Positions 23,000-35,791 of a stretch of 64,000 bases of DNA are shown piece after piece (the first letter of the stretch is position 1; each line of letters starts with the position of its first letter). The translations under genes were made by a program, and so were the position numbers. This stretch comes from Hyphochytrium catenoides (taxonomy: Eukaryota > Protista > Hyphochytriomycota), in the NCBI GenBank assembly GCA_900088475.1, contig FLMG01003035.1, forward strand, positions 1 to 64,000, written 5' to 3'. The notes under the pieces were generated by a model. It saw nothing but the letters and a program-made list of their open reading frames with translations, had not been told where the DNA came from and did not search any database.

Positions 23000-25900
23000 A
23001 TGGCTAATAGTGTGGAAGAGAACGGCAGTAGCCTCCTTGATGACGTACAACAGGCAGAGATGCCATCCTCTGGGCTCCCTAACTCCATGGACAGCAACGA
23101 GCACAGTGACACTGACGCTTGTCGGGGTGGCAAGGTATTCGAAGCTCCAGAAACGGTTGGGAAGATTGATGAGATGGAACGGGACTCAATGGATGAGGGC
23201 CAGGAGCTGTCAGCTGCCGGCAGCATGAGGAACGACCTCTTGTCCGAGTCTGCAGCTGGATCTGCACCGGCAGATGGAAAGATTGAGAGCGAAAGCGACC
23301 AGTTTAACCCTAAATTTGATGGGCCTCAGCTGAGCGAGGAGCTTATGACAAACAGTCCTTCTGACGCGGAACTAGCGGATAGCCATTCAGCGCCAAGAAC
23401 AGCAATAGGTAACTTCCTTCCTATCACAATGTCATAGTATAAAGTAAAGGAGCTCGTGACGTACCTCTCACACAGATCATACATAGCTAACGTCTCGCTT
23501 TGCTCTATTTGATGATGCACATTTACACGCCCAGGTCCAAAGAAAAATTCAACCAAGAGGAATAGCAAAGACAGTGAAGCCAAGGGAAAGCGGGAGAAGG
23601 GAAAGACGAAGGCGGAGGATAATCGAAGAGCTCAGCTCCAGAAGGAGTTGGAGAATGTGTCAAACATGGCAAACTATAACAAACTGTTCAGCGCCGTGCT
23701 GCAGCAGGTCAATGTCTCCACTGACCAAGTCATCAGCAAAAGGGCGAAACTTGTCAGCAACCTTAGAAGGAAGAACAACCTCTCGGGAACGACGAATCAA
23801 GATGCTGACAAAGAGGGTCAGATGGGGCGAAGGGGGATGAAGTACTTTATCCCTCAGGCAACGAGATCTCGACTCTTAGTAGTGAAAGACGAAGCTCGTC
23901 CGTCCGGCTCAACACCCTCCGCGCTGCACGAGCTCACTGCACGCCGGATGAACAGTTGCCGCCTTACTGGTCCAAAAGATGTTGATGCGCAAGGCGCTGC
24001 TGAGAAACGAAGACTAAGAGACGCACTGCGAAAATCTGCCATAACGCAGGGTAAGCATTGCATGTCGCACCTTTCAGCTCTTTTTGTCTTTCACCTATGC
24101 TCTTCTGGCCCTTACTCTTACTTTCATCTTCTATTAGCCTTATCCCTCTGGCTAACCAATACTCTACACTGCTATCTTGATATCATTTTTCCTGTGCAGG
24201 AGCTGACGAACACGCCAAGCTATTGGGCTGCAAGAACCGCATAGAGCTGGCCAGGAAGATACAGATAGAACTAGAGGAGGAGAAAAGAAGAGAGGAGCGT
24301 GAGGAAAGAGCAGCACAGTTTCGCCGACCAATCCGTCCAGAGATGGAAGGTCAGGAAGAAGAAGAAGAGAATGAGGAAGAACCAGAGAACAGCGGAGAAG
24401 CTGAAGAAGATGACGGTGAAACGGACGCTAGGGGAGAAGACCATGAGTCCAAGGACCTAGCAGGGGTGGACAGAAAGGAGGCCACTTCTGGACATCAGAG
24501 CTCAGTTGCGTCGGAACCACTAGCTAGGGATAACCAGAAAGTGGAGGATAATTCAATTGAGGATAAAGGAAGCCCCACCACTGCCAAAGGTGACGACGGG
24601 GCTGCTGAGACAGCTGAAGACGCTTCCACTGTAGGGCAACGAGCTCCTGAGTCAGACACACCTAAAAAGAAGGCACACCAGTACTCGAAAACAAGCGATA
24701 ACAGCCAGATGACAGATGATCCCAACGACGAAGCACGGACTTCAATAGAGAGCGATAATACTAGACGCACAGAACCTGTCGCAGGCCAAGAGGGTGATGG
24801 CGATGCGGTCGAGTATATGGATGGAGCCTCTGATAGTGGTGAAGACCAAGAACAAAAGACAGGACAAAAGAGGGATAAAGCAGCAGCTTTCCGCGCGTTG
24901 CTTGAGAAAGAAAGGAAAAGGGCGCTGAAGGTTTCAAAGAAGAAAAAGGGAGCCTTGGGGGAAGTGCTGGAAGAGGAAGCAGAAGAGAGCGACGAAGACA
25001 TGCCTAACAAGGAAAGTCTTTTCCAATTTGGCTTCGGTAAACTGCAACTCGACAAAGAAAACGAAGACGAAGAGAAGGAGGAGCTATCACTCCTGAAGAA
25101 GGCGGAGGAAGAGGACCTGGAAGGCATTGTGGACGATGTCTCTGATGACGAGAGAGACAGGGTCGGAAAGGAGAGCGAAGCGTTTCACTTAATTGAGCAG
25201 CAGAGAGATCGGCAGGAGATAAAGCAAGTGATGAGGAGAGTACGAGAAGGGTTTGGCAGGAGAGAAAAAGCTATCTCTCGAGGTGGAGGCGGCACTACTA
25301 GAGGAAGATTTGAACTGGACAAGCTCGTAGCAGTGGATGGTGATAAGAGAGAAGCAGCACGCCTGGGGCTGCTTGAGAGCGATGAGGANNNNNNNNNNNN
25401 NNNNNNNNNNNNNNNNNNNNNNNNNNNNNNNNNNNNNNNNNNNNNNNGCCCTTATGGAGCGGTTTCTCAGGGAGAGACATATAGCAAGGGAGCAGATGGT
25501 AAGTGCCTGCCTGAGGTCTCAATCTATGAGAGTCTTCTTCAAGCAAAGCAGCAGCTCACTTTTGACGAGGCCTCGCTTTGGCTTTCTGTCTCAAGTCTTC
25601 GTGAAGTCTGCTTAGGTCCATGTTTACACTCTATCCGCCTTCAGCTTCTTGGTCCTCGTACTGCCTCGCTCCTTCATTGTCCACCTTCTTCATATTGCCT
25701 CGCTCCTTCATTGTCCACTTTCTTCGTTTATCAGTCTGGTACAGCGCCCGGCTCTACCCTTTCTTAGTCTCTGGCGACCGAGTTTCTACGTTTTGATCGT
25801 TCGGTTTGCAGTACATTTCATCCGAAGATGAGGAGGATAGTGACGCGGAAGAGGGCGCTGATGGTGCGAATGGCGACAAAGAAAGCAGGGAAAGCGACGA

Positions 25901-26839
25901 CGAGAAGAGGGAGCGAGAGCAAGCTAGGGCATTCTCTCTGCGCTGCAAGATGAACCGAAGACTGAAGGTATGAGGTCGTGCCTCTTCAATCTCCTTACCC
26001 TTCGTTTCTAACTTGCTTGCTGGTTGGCTGTTCCTTATTGTTAGAGAATACGATCTCAGACAGGAGACGAAGCAATAACCTCAATATTAAATGACGAAGA
26101 CTCCCAGCAGGTAGAGATTTCAGCATCTATCACTCGTCATCCTTCCAAAAAGTGGCTAACTAACTAACTTCATCTGTTTTCGGTTCGCTTTGCATAGATT
26201 TTAAGTAGCATCACCGTCACGAACAAGAGGAAAGCCGTCACATCGGTGTCTGGTCCACAGCTAAGTCGCTCTGCATCGCTGCTCACCTCCCGGCCACCAA
26301 TAGCGGCCTTCCGTCGGATGAGCTCTCTGGCGACCTCATCAACAAGCACATCAACGTCCCAGTCCGGCCCCACGGCCGCCTCACGCCTCAATCAGGAGGT
26401 ACAGCTTCTTCCGCTTGCGATCAAACGAATATAGGGTCGCCGTGCTCAAAACGTGTTAAGGGGCGCTGGCGCCATCGTTCTTTTGCCTTTTCACGCCTTT
26501 ATGTTGGTGCACGGCAATCGCATCTCCCGCTTGGCGGCTCTTATTGTCCACTTTCTCTTAACGTGCACTACTCTTACTCCATCTTTCCATTTCCAGGTGG
26601 CGTCAAAGCATGTAGTCTTCACAAGTATAAAGGAGAACAAGCCACCGCAGAGTGCCAAGGCGTCTGACGAAAGCAAGGACAACAAACCGACAGTGAAGAG
26701 CTACGACTCGCTTCCATCCTTGTCCTCTTCCTCAGCACCACTTAAAAGACAGAAGACCCTGCGTGGGAGCCGTGGTTCCCTATTCCAAGCTCTATCAGTC
26801 AACCGTTGTGTCCGTGTCCAGGGTTCTTCAGGACTGTAA
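23000..26839 (+). CDS. Mrc1/Claspin-like replication checkpoint mediator (acidic, disordered; MRC1-like domain), multi-exon
   Basis: 'GEVLEEEAEESDED...FGFG...EEDLEGIVDDVSDDE...RDRQEIKQVMRRVREGFGRR' follows the Mrc1 domain pattern (EEEAEESEDE...mIDD...D...v..l...i..G..Rr). An N gap interrupts the exon at 25389-25447, after which reading resumes in another frame (ALMERFLRERHIAREQM|gt). The last exon ends QGSSGL*. Confidence 0.7.
25389..25447. other. Assembly gap inside a coding exon
   Basis: N run whose length does not preserve the reading frame. Confidence 0.99.
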
Positions 26840-27264
26840 AGCAGGGTGTCTATCGACTCAAAGGAGAGGAAGGACACACCGCCTATTGATGCGGAGGATA
26901 AGAGCGAATCCCTGGTGGGGATAGTACGATATCTTAAGCTAATGTACAGTTTTTAGTGATGTTAGAGCACCTCATGGGAAGCATCTCTGTAGTCTGTCGT
27001 CTGAAAACGTGATGCCGCGACAAGTGCAGAAGTGAGAAGCAGACGGCAAGGGGAAAGCCTGTGCTTTCTCTTCCCAAGTAGCCACAGGAATAGCTGGTCA
27101 TCTCCTCCGTCTCCTAGCGCTATGGCTCTTGTCTGACAAGCCACAAGGCCACACCTGCTACTCTATCTCCTTGCGCTTCCTCTATCACTTCCGCTTTTGT
27201 GGCGATAGACCGAGCTTTTTGTATGCCTTCCCAATGGCCGGATTCTCCATCTTGAGCTGTGGAG

Positions 27265-28703
27265 TCACGCGACCATATTCCTCTCGCCGCCTCCCAACCT
27301 CGACGCGAAACGGTAAAGTCCACACAATGCCTGCAGAATTTGGGTGGGTGAGAAGAACGTGAACTGACCTGAAGAGCGGACGGTAGATTGAAGCAACAGA
27401 ACGAAAGGTGAACGAAAGAAAATGTGGGTCTGGAGAAGAAGTGGCAGACGCTTAAGAGAGAGGCAGAGAGAGCAAACAAGAGAGAGGAGAGAGACCTGCA
27501 TAAGGTTTTGCCCATTTCGTCTTATTTCCTTGTTGATTGTACTCCTGGAAGAGATGACCTCTCTGGAGAGTCTTGCCTCGAAAGGTCAGTCTTAGCGGCC
27601 CGTCGGTCGCCAGATCCCAGAGCTTTTTGTCCCGATAGCGCTCTTCAATCAGCTCCTGAGTAGGCGAACAGGAATAAATCATTTGGCTCAAGTGGAACAG
27701 AAAGGCCAAAGGGTAGCCTTGGCGTTGCAGACGTGCTCGCCTTGAGCCTTGTACTCTTTGACTAGTCGCTTATGGTCTCTCCCTCTCTACACTTAAAGGA
27801 TATCCACAGATCTATGTACCCTCTTGCCTACTATTCCATGGCCAAGGTTAGGTTGTCTCACGCCAGCCCCTCTATTTCTGTACCTGTAGAGCCTCAACAG
27901 GTATGGTCTCGGGGATCGAGAGCAAGAACGGTTCTCTGCAGACCAACGGAAAGGACCCAGGAAGCACAACAAGCCCCATCGGAGTGGAATCGAGCGGAAC
28001 AGAGCAGAAACGCGAATGTAAGTGAGCAGGAGCTTCGTGTGGTAAGAAAGTTAAGGGGAGGACCGTCAAAGAGAAAGCAGCATGGAGAATAGGTGCAGTG
28101 AGCATGAATAAGAATGGTAGGAGTACCCTGGAGAAAGAAGAAGAACTAAGCAGGGAACAGGGGTCGAGAGACCGTCTCCCGAAGCGGTGGGGTTGTGGGT
28201 TGTCTCTCCTTAATCTCACCTGTTACCTTCCGGGCTTTCAATTGGCATCCCGTCCTTTACCCAGATCTTGAGAGAGCGAGAGCGAAAGAGTTTGGGAGCA
28301 AAAGGCGAAGGAGTGTTAATGGATGAAGATGAAGATACACTCGTATCTTCACTGCCACAGAGAAGAATGGGATCGAAGACGTCACACGGTGACGTTGAGA
28401 GAGAAGCAATTACCGAGGGCAAGGACGAGTCGCCAAGGGCAGAGTTGGGAATGCATCTAGAAGGAAGTAACGAGTCAGCCTTACCCTCACTGTCTGGTTT
28501 AGTTTAGAAAGCTTCTGTTCCGTGGCCTTAAGCTTCTCATAATCATCAGGTCGCAGCAGCCGCGCGCATGCCGAACTATTTTGAGGCGGTGTGTTCTCCT
28601 TCTTCTCTTGCGTCTCACCGCCGTCTGGAGTTGCCAAGGCTGCAGTTGAGTCTTGGACTTCCTTCCGCGGTTCTGGCGCTTGATTGGAGTTCGAGAGGTC
28701 CAT
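27265..28703 (-). CDS. Uncharacterised multi-exon protein with a C-terminal ubiquitin-like domain
   Basis: Spliceable exons give MDLSNSNQAPEPRKE...NQTVR|...CDVFDPILL...|...|ELIEERYRDKKLWDLATDGPLRLTFRGKTLQRGHLFQEYNQQ...|GQFTFFSPTQILQALCGLY...NMVA*. 'LRLTFRGKTLQRGHLFQEYN' parallels ubiquitin '[20 protein letters not shown]'. Confidence 0.55.
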
Positions 28704-29074
28704 TGAACGTGTCAAAATCTCTGCACGTGGTTCTTAGGCCGAAACTGGAGATATTGCGCTTCCTCGGCCACTCGCTCCCAAATAGGGCTGGACCCTTCGC
28801 AAGCTCGAAGGTGCAAGCGAGGATAGTCACCAGTCGTCTGTCACCGGTTTCTTATACTGTTAGACGGTTTGCTTGCTGCGCCTTATAGTCCTGATATCTT
28901 CCAATCGTTGCCACTTCCCACACTGCCTGGGAGCTCCTGTCGATTGCCACCTGACTATAACAACACGCTCTCGCTCTCCCTCTCTTCTCTCCCGTCCTTG
29001 TCCTCTGCCCCTTTCCTCGTCCTGACGCCACTTTGGCTGCTCTTCTCACCCGCAACCTCCAACCTTCTCGCTCT

Positions 29075-29330
29075 CATCAGCAGCTCAGCAGCTCACACCA
29101 GCAGCAGCTCACCAGCCCACATCAGCAGCAGCTCACACTAGCACCAGCACCAGCAGCAGCTCACACCAGCACCAGCAGCAGCTCACACCAGCACCAGCAG
29201 CAGCTCACACCAGCACCAGCACCAGCTCACACCAGCAGCAGCTCAGCAGCTCACACCAGCAGCTCAGCAGCTCACATCAGCAGCAGCTCAGCAGCTCACA
29301 TCAGCAGCAGCTCATACCAGCAGCAGCAGC
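29075..29330 (+). repeat. Degenerate CAG/CAC-based minisatellite (units such as CAGCAGCTCACAC, CAGCAGCT, CAGCAC)
   Basis: About 255 bp of mosaic repeat between two divergent genes. Confidence 0.9.
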
Positions 29331-30086
29331 TTGGCAAGTGCATCTCCTCTGTCATTGTCCCTCCTCCAGGGCATCCACGGCATTTTCTTTATCTCTGACT
29401 TCGTGACGTTTCAGTGAGGCGCTATGCGCTTCCACGACAGTGATAACTGAGAAAGAATCACTCACTTTCGATATTGAGCTCTTTGTCTAGGCCACCTACA
29501 TGTGCCCCATACTCCGCTTCAAACACGCTTGACCACGTGATTTCTGATAGAAAGCCTACCCATTCTAAGGAAGGGCAAATGAAGGGATAGCGGAGTACGC
29601 TGCGGCTTTGGCGGCAAAAGCTGCCACTCAAGCTTCATTTCTCAATAATCATTGGCAGAGGCCAGACAGACTTGAAGCTTTGAAGCTCGTTCTCTGTGCT
29701 TATCCTTGGCCTGGGGCCTTTCTCCCGTGCTCCATCGGGGTTTCAAGCTCGGTAGGGCTCATCAAGAAGCCATATAGGCTAGGCACGAAGAGTGCATCGT
29801 TAAATCGTCTCCGGTGTAAGAGATCATGCCAAATTGAAGTTTTGGCTTAGGTTGAATATTGCACTAGTAGGAGAGGATCAACCTAGGAGAGGATCAACCG
29901 GGTGCAGAACTAGCGGGCTCATCATGGTAGTTCGCAAGGAAAGATGCGGGGGTTAAGGGCATTACCATGAGTCTTAGATCGTGGTTAGACGAGGACGTCA
30001 AGCTCTTAGCAGTCCTTGGGAGCTGTGAGTCGACCAGGCCGGGACAGTGGTAGAAGGGCTTTTCGGATCTGCTTGTCGATAGCGCG

Positions 30087-33000
30087 ATGGCTGAGGGGAA
30101 TCATGAAGGTGAGCATTCCATCAGCAAACGAACTACTGAAGCTTTTCTACCCTACTACCGAGGATAATAACCCTTAACTAACTCCGGAACGTGTCTCAGA
30201 GATGTTCTTGGAGGCAATCAAGGATGCCCTTGATAACCACGGGCTTGTGTGGGCCAAAGTGGGGAATCATCCCTTCTGGCCAGCCAGGGTAACCGCACTT
30301 CTAGTGTCTTCTCCTTCCTTTCCTATTCTCTATCTATCGTCTCATAACTTTCTTACGGCTGCTCCCTATGCATGTATTAGCAACTTGTAGGATCGGTTAA
30401 TCACAGCGCTTCTGGTTCCTTAGCGTTATGTTGGCGGATGCCATCTGGACTCCTCTTTCTTGCAGTGGCAACTAACGCACTGCTTTCCGTTTAGTCGCCA
30501 TGTCGATAGAGTCATCTTGAGTTTCACTTTCCTCCTATCTCATTGGCCCCAGACTAGGCTTTGCAATTCCTGACCGATCTATCCTTTCTGCTATCCTGCT
30601 TCTTTAGCTATGCAACCGCGCCGAGGCTCTAAATATGATGAAATATAAGGGCGTCAAGGACGTGGCCTGCGTTTATTTTCTTGGGGCACATAACTTGTAA
30701 GGATCTGTAGATGGTGACACACTGTTCCCAGCCTCAGTTCTTGCACATAGCAAGCTTTACCTCGGTTCATGCTCTTCGGCTTCCAAGTCTTCTCCTGTCC
30801 CTTAGCCTTCGGACCTCAGCCTTCTCGCACGGGGACAACATGTCCGATCGGGGTAAAAGTCAGCCCTGACGTCTGTTTCATTTTAGTGGTTGGGTGAGGA
30901 CTGCAGGGCTCAGACCGTACTCCAACCCACCGATCAATGCCAAGAAGCATGCTGGGCAGAAATTCAGGCTTGGACTAGAGGTAAAATGCCCTTGAGCGCT
31001 TTTCATTCTCTTTGGCTCCATTTTCTCTCTTGTTGTCTGCACCAGTCGGAACCACTCTTACATCAACCCTTCTGATGCGTTCAAACTTGATATTTGGAAC
31101 CATAATGGTGTAGGAGGCGGAGAACCAACAACGAGACCTCTCCCCTGAGAGACGGTACGAGCTGAAGGACATCTATGGGCACCTAACAAGGTAGGTTAGA
31201 GGCTTGTCTGCTAGTCCTTAGATCTTTCTTAAAATCCTTTTCTTTCGCCTGCTTCGCGCTCCCCAAAGAAACCAGAATGGTGAGGTTACCATTGAATACC
31301 TCGAGGAAGATCCTATTGCTGGGCTGTGCTGCATCTGCTATCGGCCTACTGCGGAGCACCCGGCTCTCTATTGCGATGGCTCAAGCTGCAACCGAGAGTA
31401 CCACATGGCTTGTCTCAGACCTCCAATTACAGAGGTAGAAACCCTTGAGGCCCACTTAACGTTCTCTAGGCCCCTTGGCCGTACCTTCACTGCCAATTGT
31501 CCCTCCTGCCAGTTGCCAATTCTCCTTCCTGGTTTTTTTTGCTCCGCTTTCAGCAGTGCTCTCTGTTGGTCGGACGATCTCTCATTATGGCTTTCCTAGA
31601 CAGTCTCTTCTCTCGTCTTGGTGCTCTTACTTTTCTAGCCTTTGCCATATCGGTGTCCTTTGGATTGCCACCTAGAGTGAGCAGTGTTATAAATTTTGAA
31701 GTTAGTGTTTACAGCTCTCCCAGGAGTGCCGTTGTAGGGCCTGGTTGTCCTTTGCCGGCGCGTTCTAATTCTTGGCTTCCTATTTCTCAGATTCCCAAAG
31801 GCTCTTGGCTTGGACCCTGCTGTCGGTATAGGAAGGCGGGTCCTGGTCCAGTTGTACCTCCGCCATCTTCCTCTTTTAAACAGCCTGATAGCAGGCAACC
31901 GAGCGGTGGGAACGGAGCAACCGCAAAGCATCCTACAGCCGGCAGGAAGCGCGCAAGGGAGACAAGGACGCCAGGTCCTGAGATGAAGGTAGGCCTAGCC
32001 GAAAAGGTGGGAAAGGCCAATGCGTTATAGTTACCCCGAGGACTCATTTGGCAAGGAAGGGTATCGTGGACGTGAATAAGGACGGAGGAAAGTGGGGAAG
32101 GAGATACTGGGCCAAGCAGATGACCCTCACTGCTCGTTTCTCTTTCTTCTACAGGTGCCACCCACTCTTCCAGAGAACGCGGAAGATTTCTGTCTCATCT
32201 GTGGTCTCTCAGGCGAGCTTTTGCTCTGTGACTATCCTCAATGTCCAAAGGTTAGTGATTTTGTCCTTCCGTCTTCAAATGCAAATAGCGCTTGCACTGA
32301 AGGTTGGAAGAGTGCATGACCGCAGGCAGTACTTTCTCTTTGCACTTTTTGTTGTCCTAAACCTTTAATCCGCCGTACCCTCCAATCCCTAAATCCTTTT
32401 GCCCCGACAGGTGTACCACCTTGCTTGCCTGCACGGAAATATGTTGCCCACGGATGATGCAACGGAGTGGATCTGCCCGCGACACACATGTGTTATCACA
32501 GGTGTTAAAGAGGATCCTAAAGGGATGATATGCGGTAGGTTTGGAGGTATAACCACTTGTGCCTGGCTGGTACAGCTTTCACCTCTTTTGTTCAAATTGT
32601 GCCTGATTTCATCACGCTAGTGCTACGACTTTGTGATGCCTCGCCCTGGGCATGACTCTTCGGCGTGACTACTTAGTGCTGACGGGCGTGCCTGTTATTG
32701 CACAAATCTTTAGGGAAGAAGTCAGCAGCTGGAACAAAGGATCCATTGGATGAACAAGCAACAAACGCTGGAGTAGCAAGCTCGAAGCCAAGATTAGGAG
32801 AGATCACTACAAGGCGGCGATCCTCAACCCGGATTGCTCTCAATGGTTCTCCATCACTCCCCCCGCACTCCGTCGAGCGACTTTGGAAGTGTCAGAAGTG
32901 TCCTGTGGCGGTTTGTGATGACGCTATGCCCTTGGAATACGTCTCCGCACATGTCAGCGCCACAGCTCAGAGTCATTTATTTGGAGGAAAGGAGAATGGA

Positions 33001-35791
33001 AGGCAACAGACCAAGGAAGAGAAAGCACAGGAGGTGGTTCAGGAGGAGGGCCATGAAGCTTCAGCTGCAGAGACAGATGGCAACATAAAGAAGATATCGG
33101 ACCAAAGCGAAATTCTGATCTCTGATGTTGGACAACAGCACAGGAGAGCCGCGGCAGGAGAGACATTGGAGGCTGAGGAGCTAAACGATAAGGAGGCGGA
33201 CGCGCGAACTTCTCGCAAAGAGAATGCCGAGCAATCACGGCCCTCACGGCGAAGTTTAGCTGAAGCTAGCCGAGAAAATGCACAGGCTATCTTCACTCGA
33301 AGAGAGAGCACAGGTGGCCCTGTCACGAGAAGAGAAAGCACGGAGGGACGGAGAGAAAGCGCCGAAACAACGCATCAGTCTGGTCGGACAATGGTCCCAA
33401 ACCCTCTGTACATAGGCACACATAAGGGAAAGAAGCTCTTTGTCTGTCCCAACTGTCGCCAACCAAGCGCGAGAGTCAGATTGGCAAAGGTGTTGGAGAG
33501 AGCTTGGGCAGCGGTGGCGAGTAATCATCTTGCCCTACCGTTTATGGGCCCTTTCCTTCCTCTTTCCTCTGACATAGCAAGAGGCAGCGGGAAGGATAAG
33601 AAGGAACTAGATTTGGGCCTGATGCTGTTAAAGATTCGGGAGCTGCAATATGATAGCGGGGAGAGCTTCTTGGTGGATATTAGCCTGCTAAGGGATCAGC
33701 TTGACAAAGTGTTAGGGCGGGAAGAGGACCCTATCAAGGTGCGTCGTGGCCAACAAATAGAAAGAAATTCTGAATTCGGGAGACAAAGCAGCGCTGTGTG
33801 ACAACCCTCTGACTTTCATACTGTGGGCTAAGACTGCAGTTTTTGTGGGAACAATGGCTGTCTCACGCTGTTCCGCGGTTTTTATATGGTGGCATTGATC
33901 TCTCTCTCTCTTGCTTTCAACGACCACCATATAAAAACTGCCTGTCTTTCTGTCTTCAGGAGGCTTTTAACACACTGAGCCTAATACTGGAGACGCAGCT
34001 CGAGGTTCTGAGGCCTGCAATTTTAAGAGCAGAAGAAGATATTAGAAGGGGACAAGCAGCACCTAGTCGTTGGCCTCTGTGGAGAGTTAGATGGCGAGCT
34101 GAGTGCATGGTAGTGGTCCCTTCCACATGCAGCCTCCTTCCTTCTTATGAGCATCTCTATCTTCCTTTGTCAATTCATTTAGTCCTTCTTCGTTTCCTGT
34201 GCTTCCTGCCTTGATCTATAACTTGTTTAGCTGGCCTGCATCATATAACTGATCCTTGAGACGAAGGTTGGCGGTTGACCTAATAGCATCGTGCGGCCTC
34301 CTTTCGAATGTAGCTCAGTCCCGTACCGGAAGTGCTACAAGTGGGCACTGTGGGGTGCCGGACGCATTCAGAGTGGATCCGATACGTTAGTGAGCCTCCT
34401 GCAAAGGCCCTTCCGACTTACACGCGCGCTCTACCCCCGTCACACGCGGAGCGAGAGACCGTGGCCCATGTTGGTACGGAAGAGGAGGGGTCAGGTGAGA
34501 GATGGACAGAAACACCGAGAGCAATTGATGTGTGACCGATCAGCCAGCGCGGTGGGATCACAACTGAGCGGAGGGGACGCTTTTGCTTCCTATTTCTGAC
34601 AGTATGTTCCTTAGGCACTATGACCAATGGCAGGCCCAAGAAGGTGCAGCGCAATGTAAGCTCCGAGGCTTCCAAGGTCTGGGCATAACTTCGTTGCAGA
34701 AAACCCTCTTAAGAGCTAACTTTTCACTCTGCATTTTATGCCGCTGATTCCAACTCCATTTGTTCCATTTGTAATAGATGAACAGTCTTGAGGTCAGAGA
34801 CCAGCCCGCGGTCGCCTCTCTGTCAGAAAGGGAGGGGGAAGACGTGGCTGCTTTCTTAGTAGGGTTGAGAGACCATATCCAGGAAGCGCCAAGGAGAAGG
34901 TAAGACAGTAGACTCTACATCTGACAACCTTGTCTAGCTGCGAAGTACTCTATCTCAGCTATTATTAGGGTACAATCTCTTGCTTGCTTACAGCCTCCCT
35001 TAGTCCATAGCTTGTCCATATATCTTCTCTCATCTATGTCGAGAAGATGTTCCCTGAACTGCAACTCTCGCCTTAGCGCTGTGGACTACTTCCGCTCTCC
35101 TTCTGAGATGGAGATGACAGAGCTCTTTCAAGAGCAGTCTCGCTTGCTGAGTAAGGTGATGGAGATGAGCGCTCTAATCCGCCAGGAATGGACATTTGAA
35201 AGAGAAGAGCTTCTGCAGGTTAGATGCAAGGCCGCTTGACAGTGACTCTTATCAGCCTTGCCTGTCTCCCTGCTAGCTTTCTTCCTTCCTGACCTGCATT
35301 TGGCCGTGTAGCCTGCCCGCCTCTTCAGCACAAACATACTCTTCCTGATAACCCTTTCATCCTCACCGCCTTTAGGATGCCGAGGGTAGAGGAGTGCTAA
35401 CAATAGGAGAAGGACGATTAGCTCTAGAGCTGCAGGCTGCTAATAAGGTGGGAAGCAAGTGGCACAACGCATCTCTGAGCCTTCTGACTCCTTATATTTC
35501 AACTTAACGTGAAGAGCTTGAGAGCGAGGCTGCAGCAGAGGGAAAAGGAGCTGCGAATATTTAGAGAACAGTGGACGGAGCTCCGCGAAGAGCTCAGCCG
35601 GACTCGTGCAGAAGTTGACAGATTGCAAGTGAGTCTCCCTGAATGCGAAACAGTGCCTCTTGTCCGTTCTACGGGGTCCAACCAATCTATCGTCAACAAA
35701 ACGCATAGCTGTGACTCACACGAGCGGCTTACTAATACCTTCTGCTTCGTATCATCAGGACGAATTGGCTGGAGCGAAGGGAGCGTGTTAG
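30087..35791 (+). CDS. Chromatin reader: PWWP - PHD - PHD/C5HCH-like - bromodomain-like - coiled coil, multi-exon
   Basis: PWWP: 'LVWAKVGNHPFWPAR...VYFLGAHNF|GWV'. PHD1: 'CCICYRPTAEHPALYCDGSSCNREYHMACLRPPITE|IPKGSWLGPCC'. PHD2: 'EDFCLICGLSGELLLCDYPQCPK|VYHLACL...WICPRHTC', then 'CQKCPVAVC' and 'FVCPNC'. Bromo-like: 'ALPFMGP...LDLGLMLLKIRELQYDSGESFLVDISLL'. Ends DELAGAKGAC*. Confidence 0.8.

Noticed and set aside
25448-25767. C-terminal part of the 514-aa ORF (PYGAVSQGETY...)
   Set aside because: It is an artefact of the N-gap length. The true frame after the gap is ALMERFLRERHIAREQM followed by a GTAAGT donor, and the rest is intron.
29033-29398. Repeat array as a CRISPR array, telomeric repeat or polyQ gene
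   Set aside because: There are no constant repeats with unique spacers, no cas genes and no TTAGGG-type unit. The ORF lacks an ATG start and splice support.
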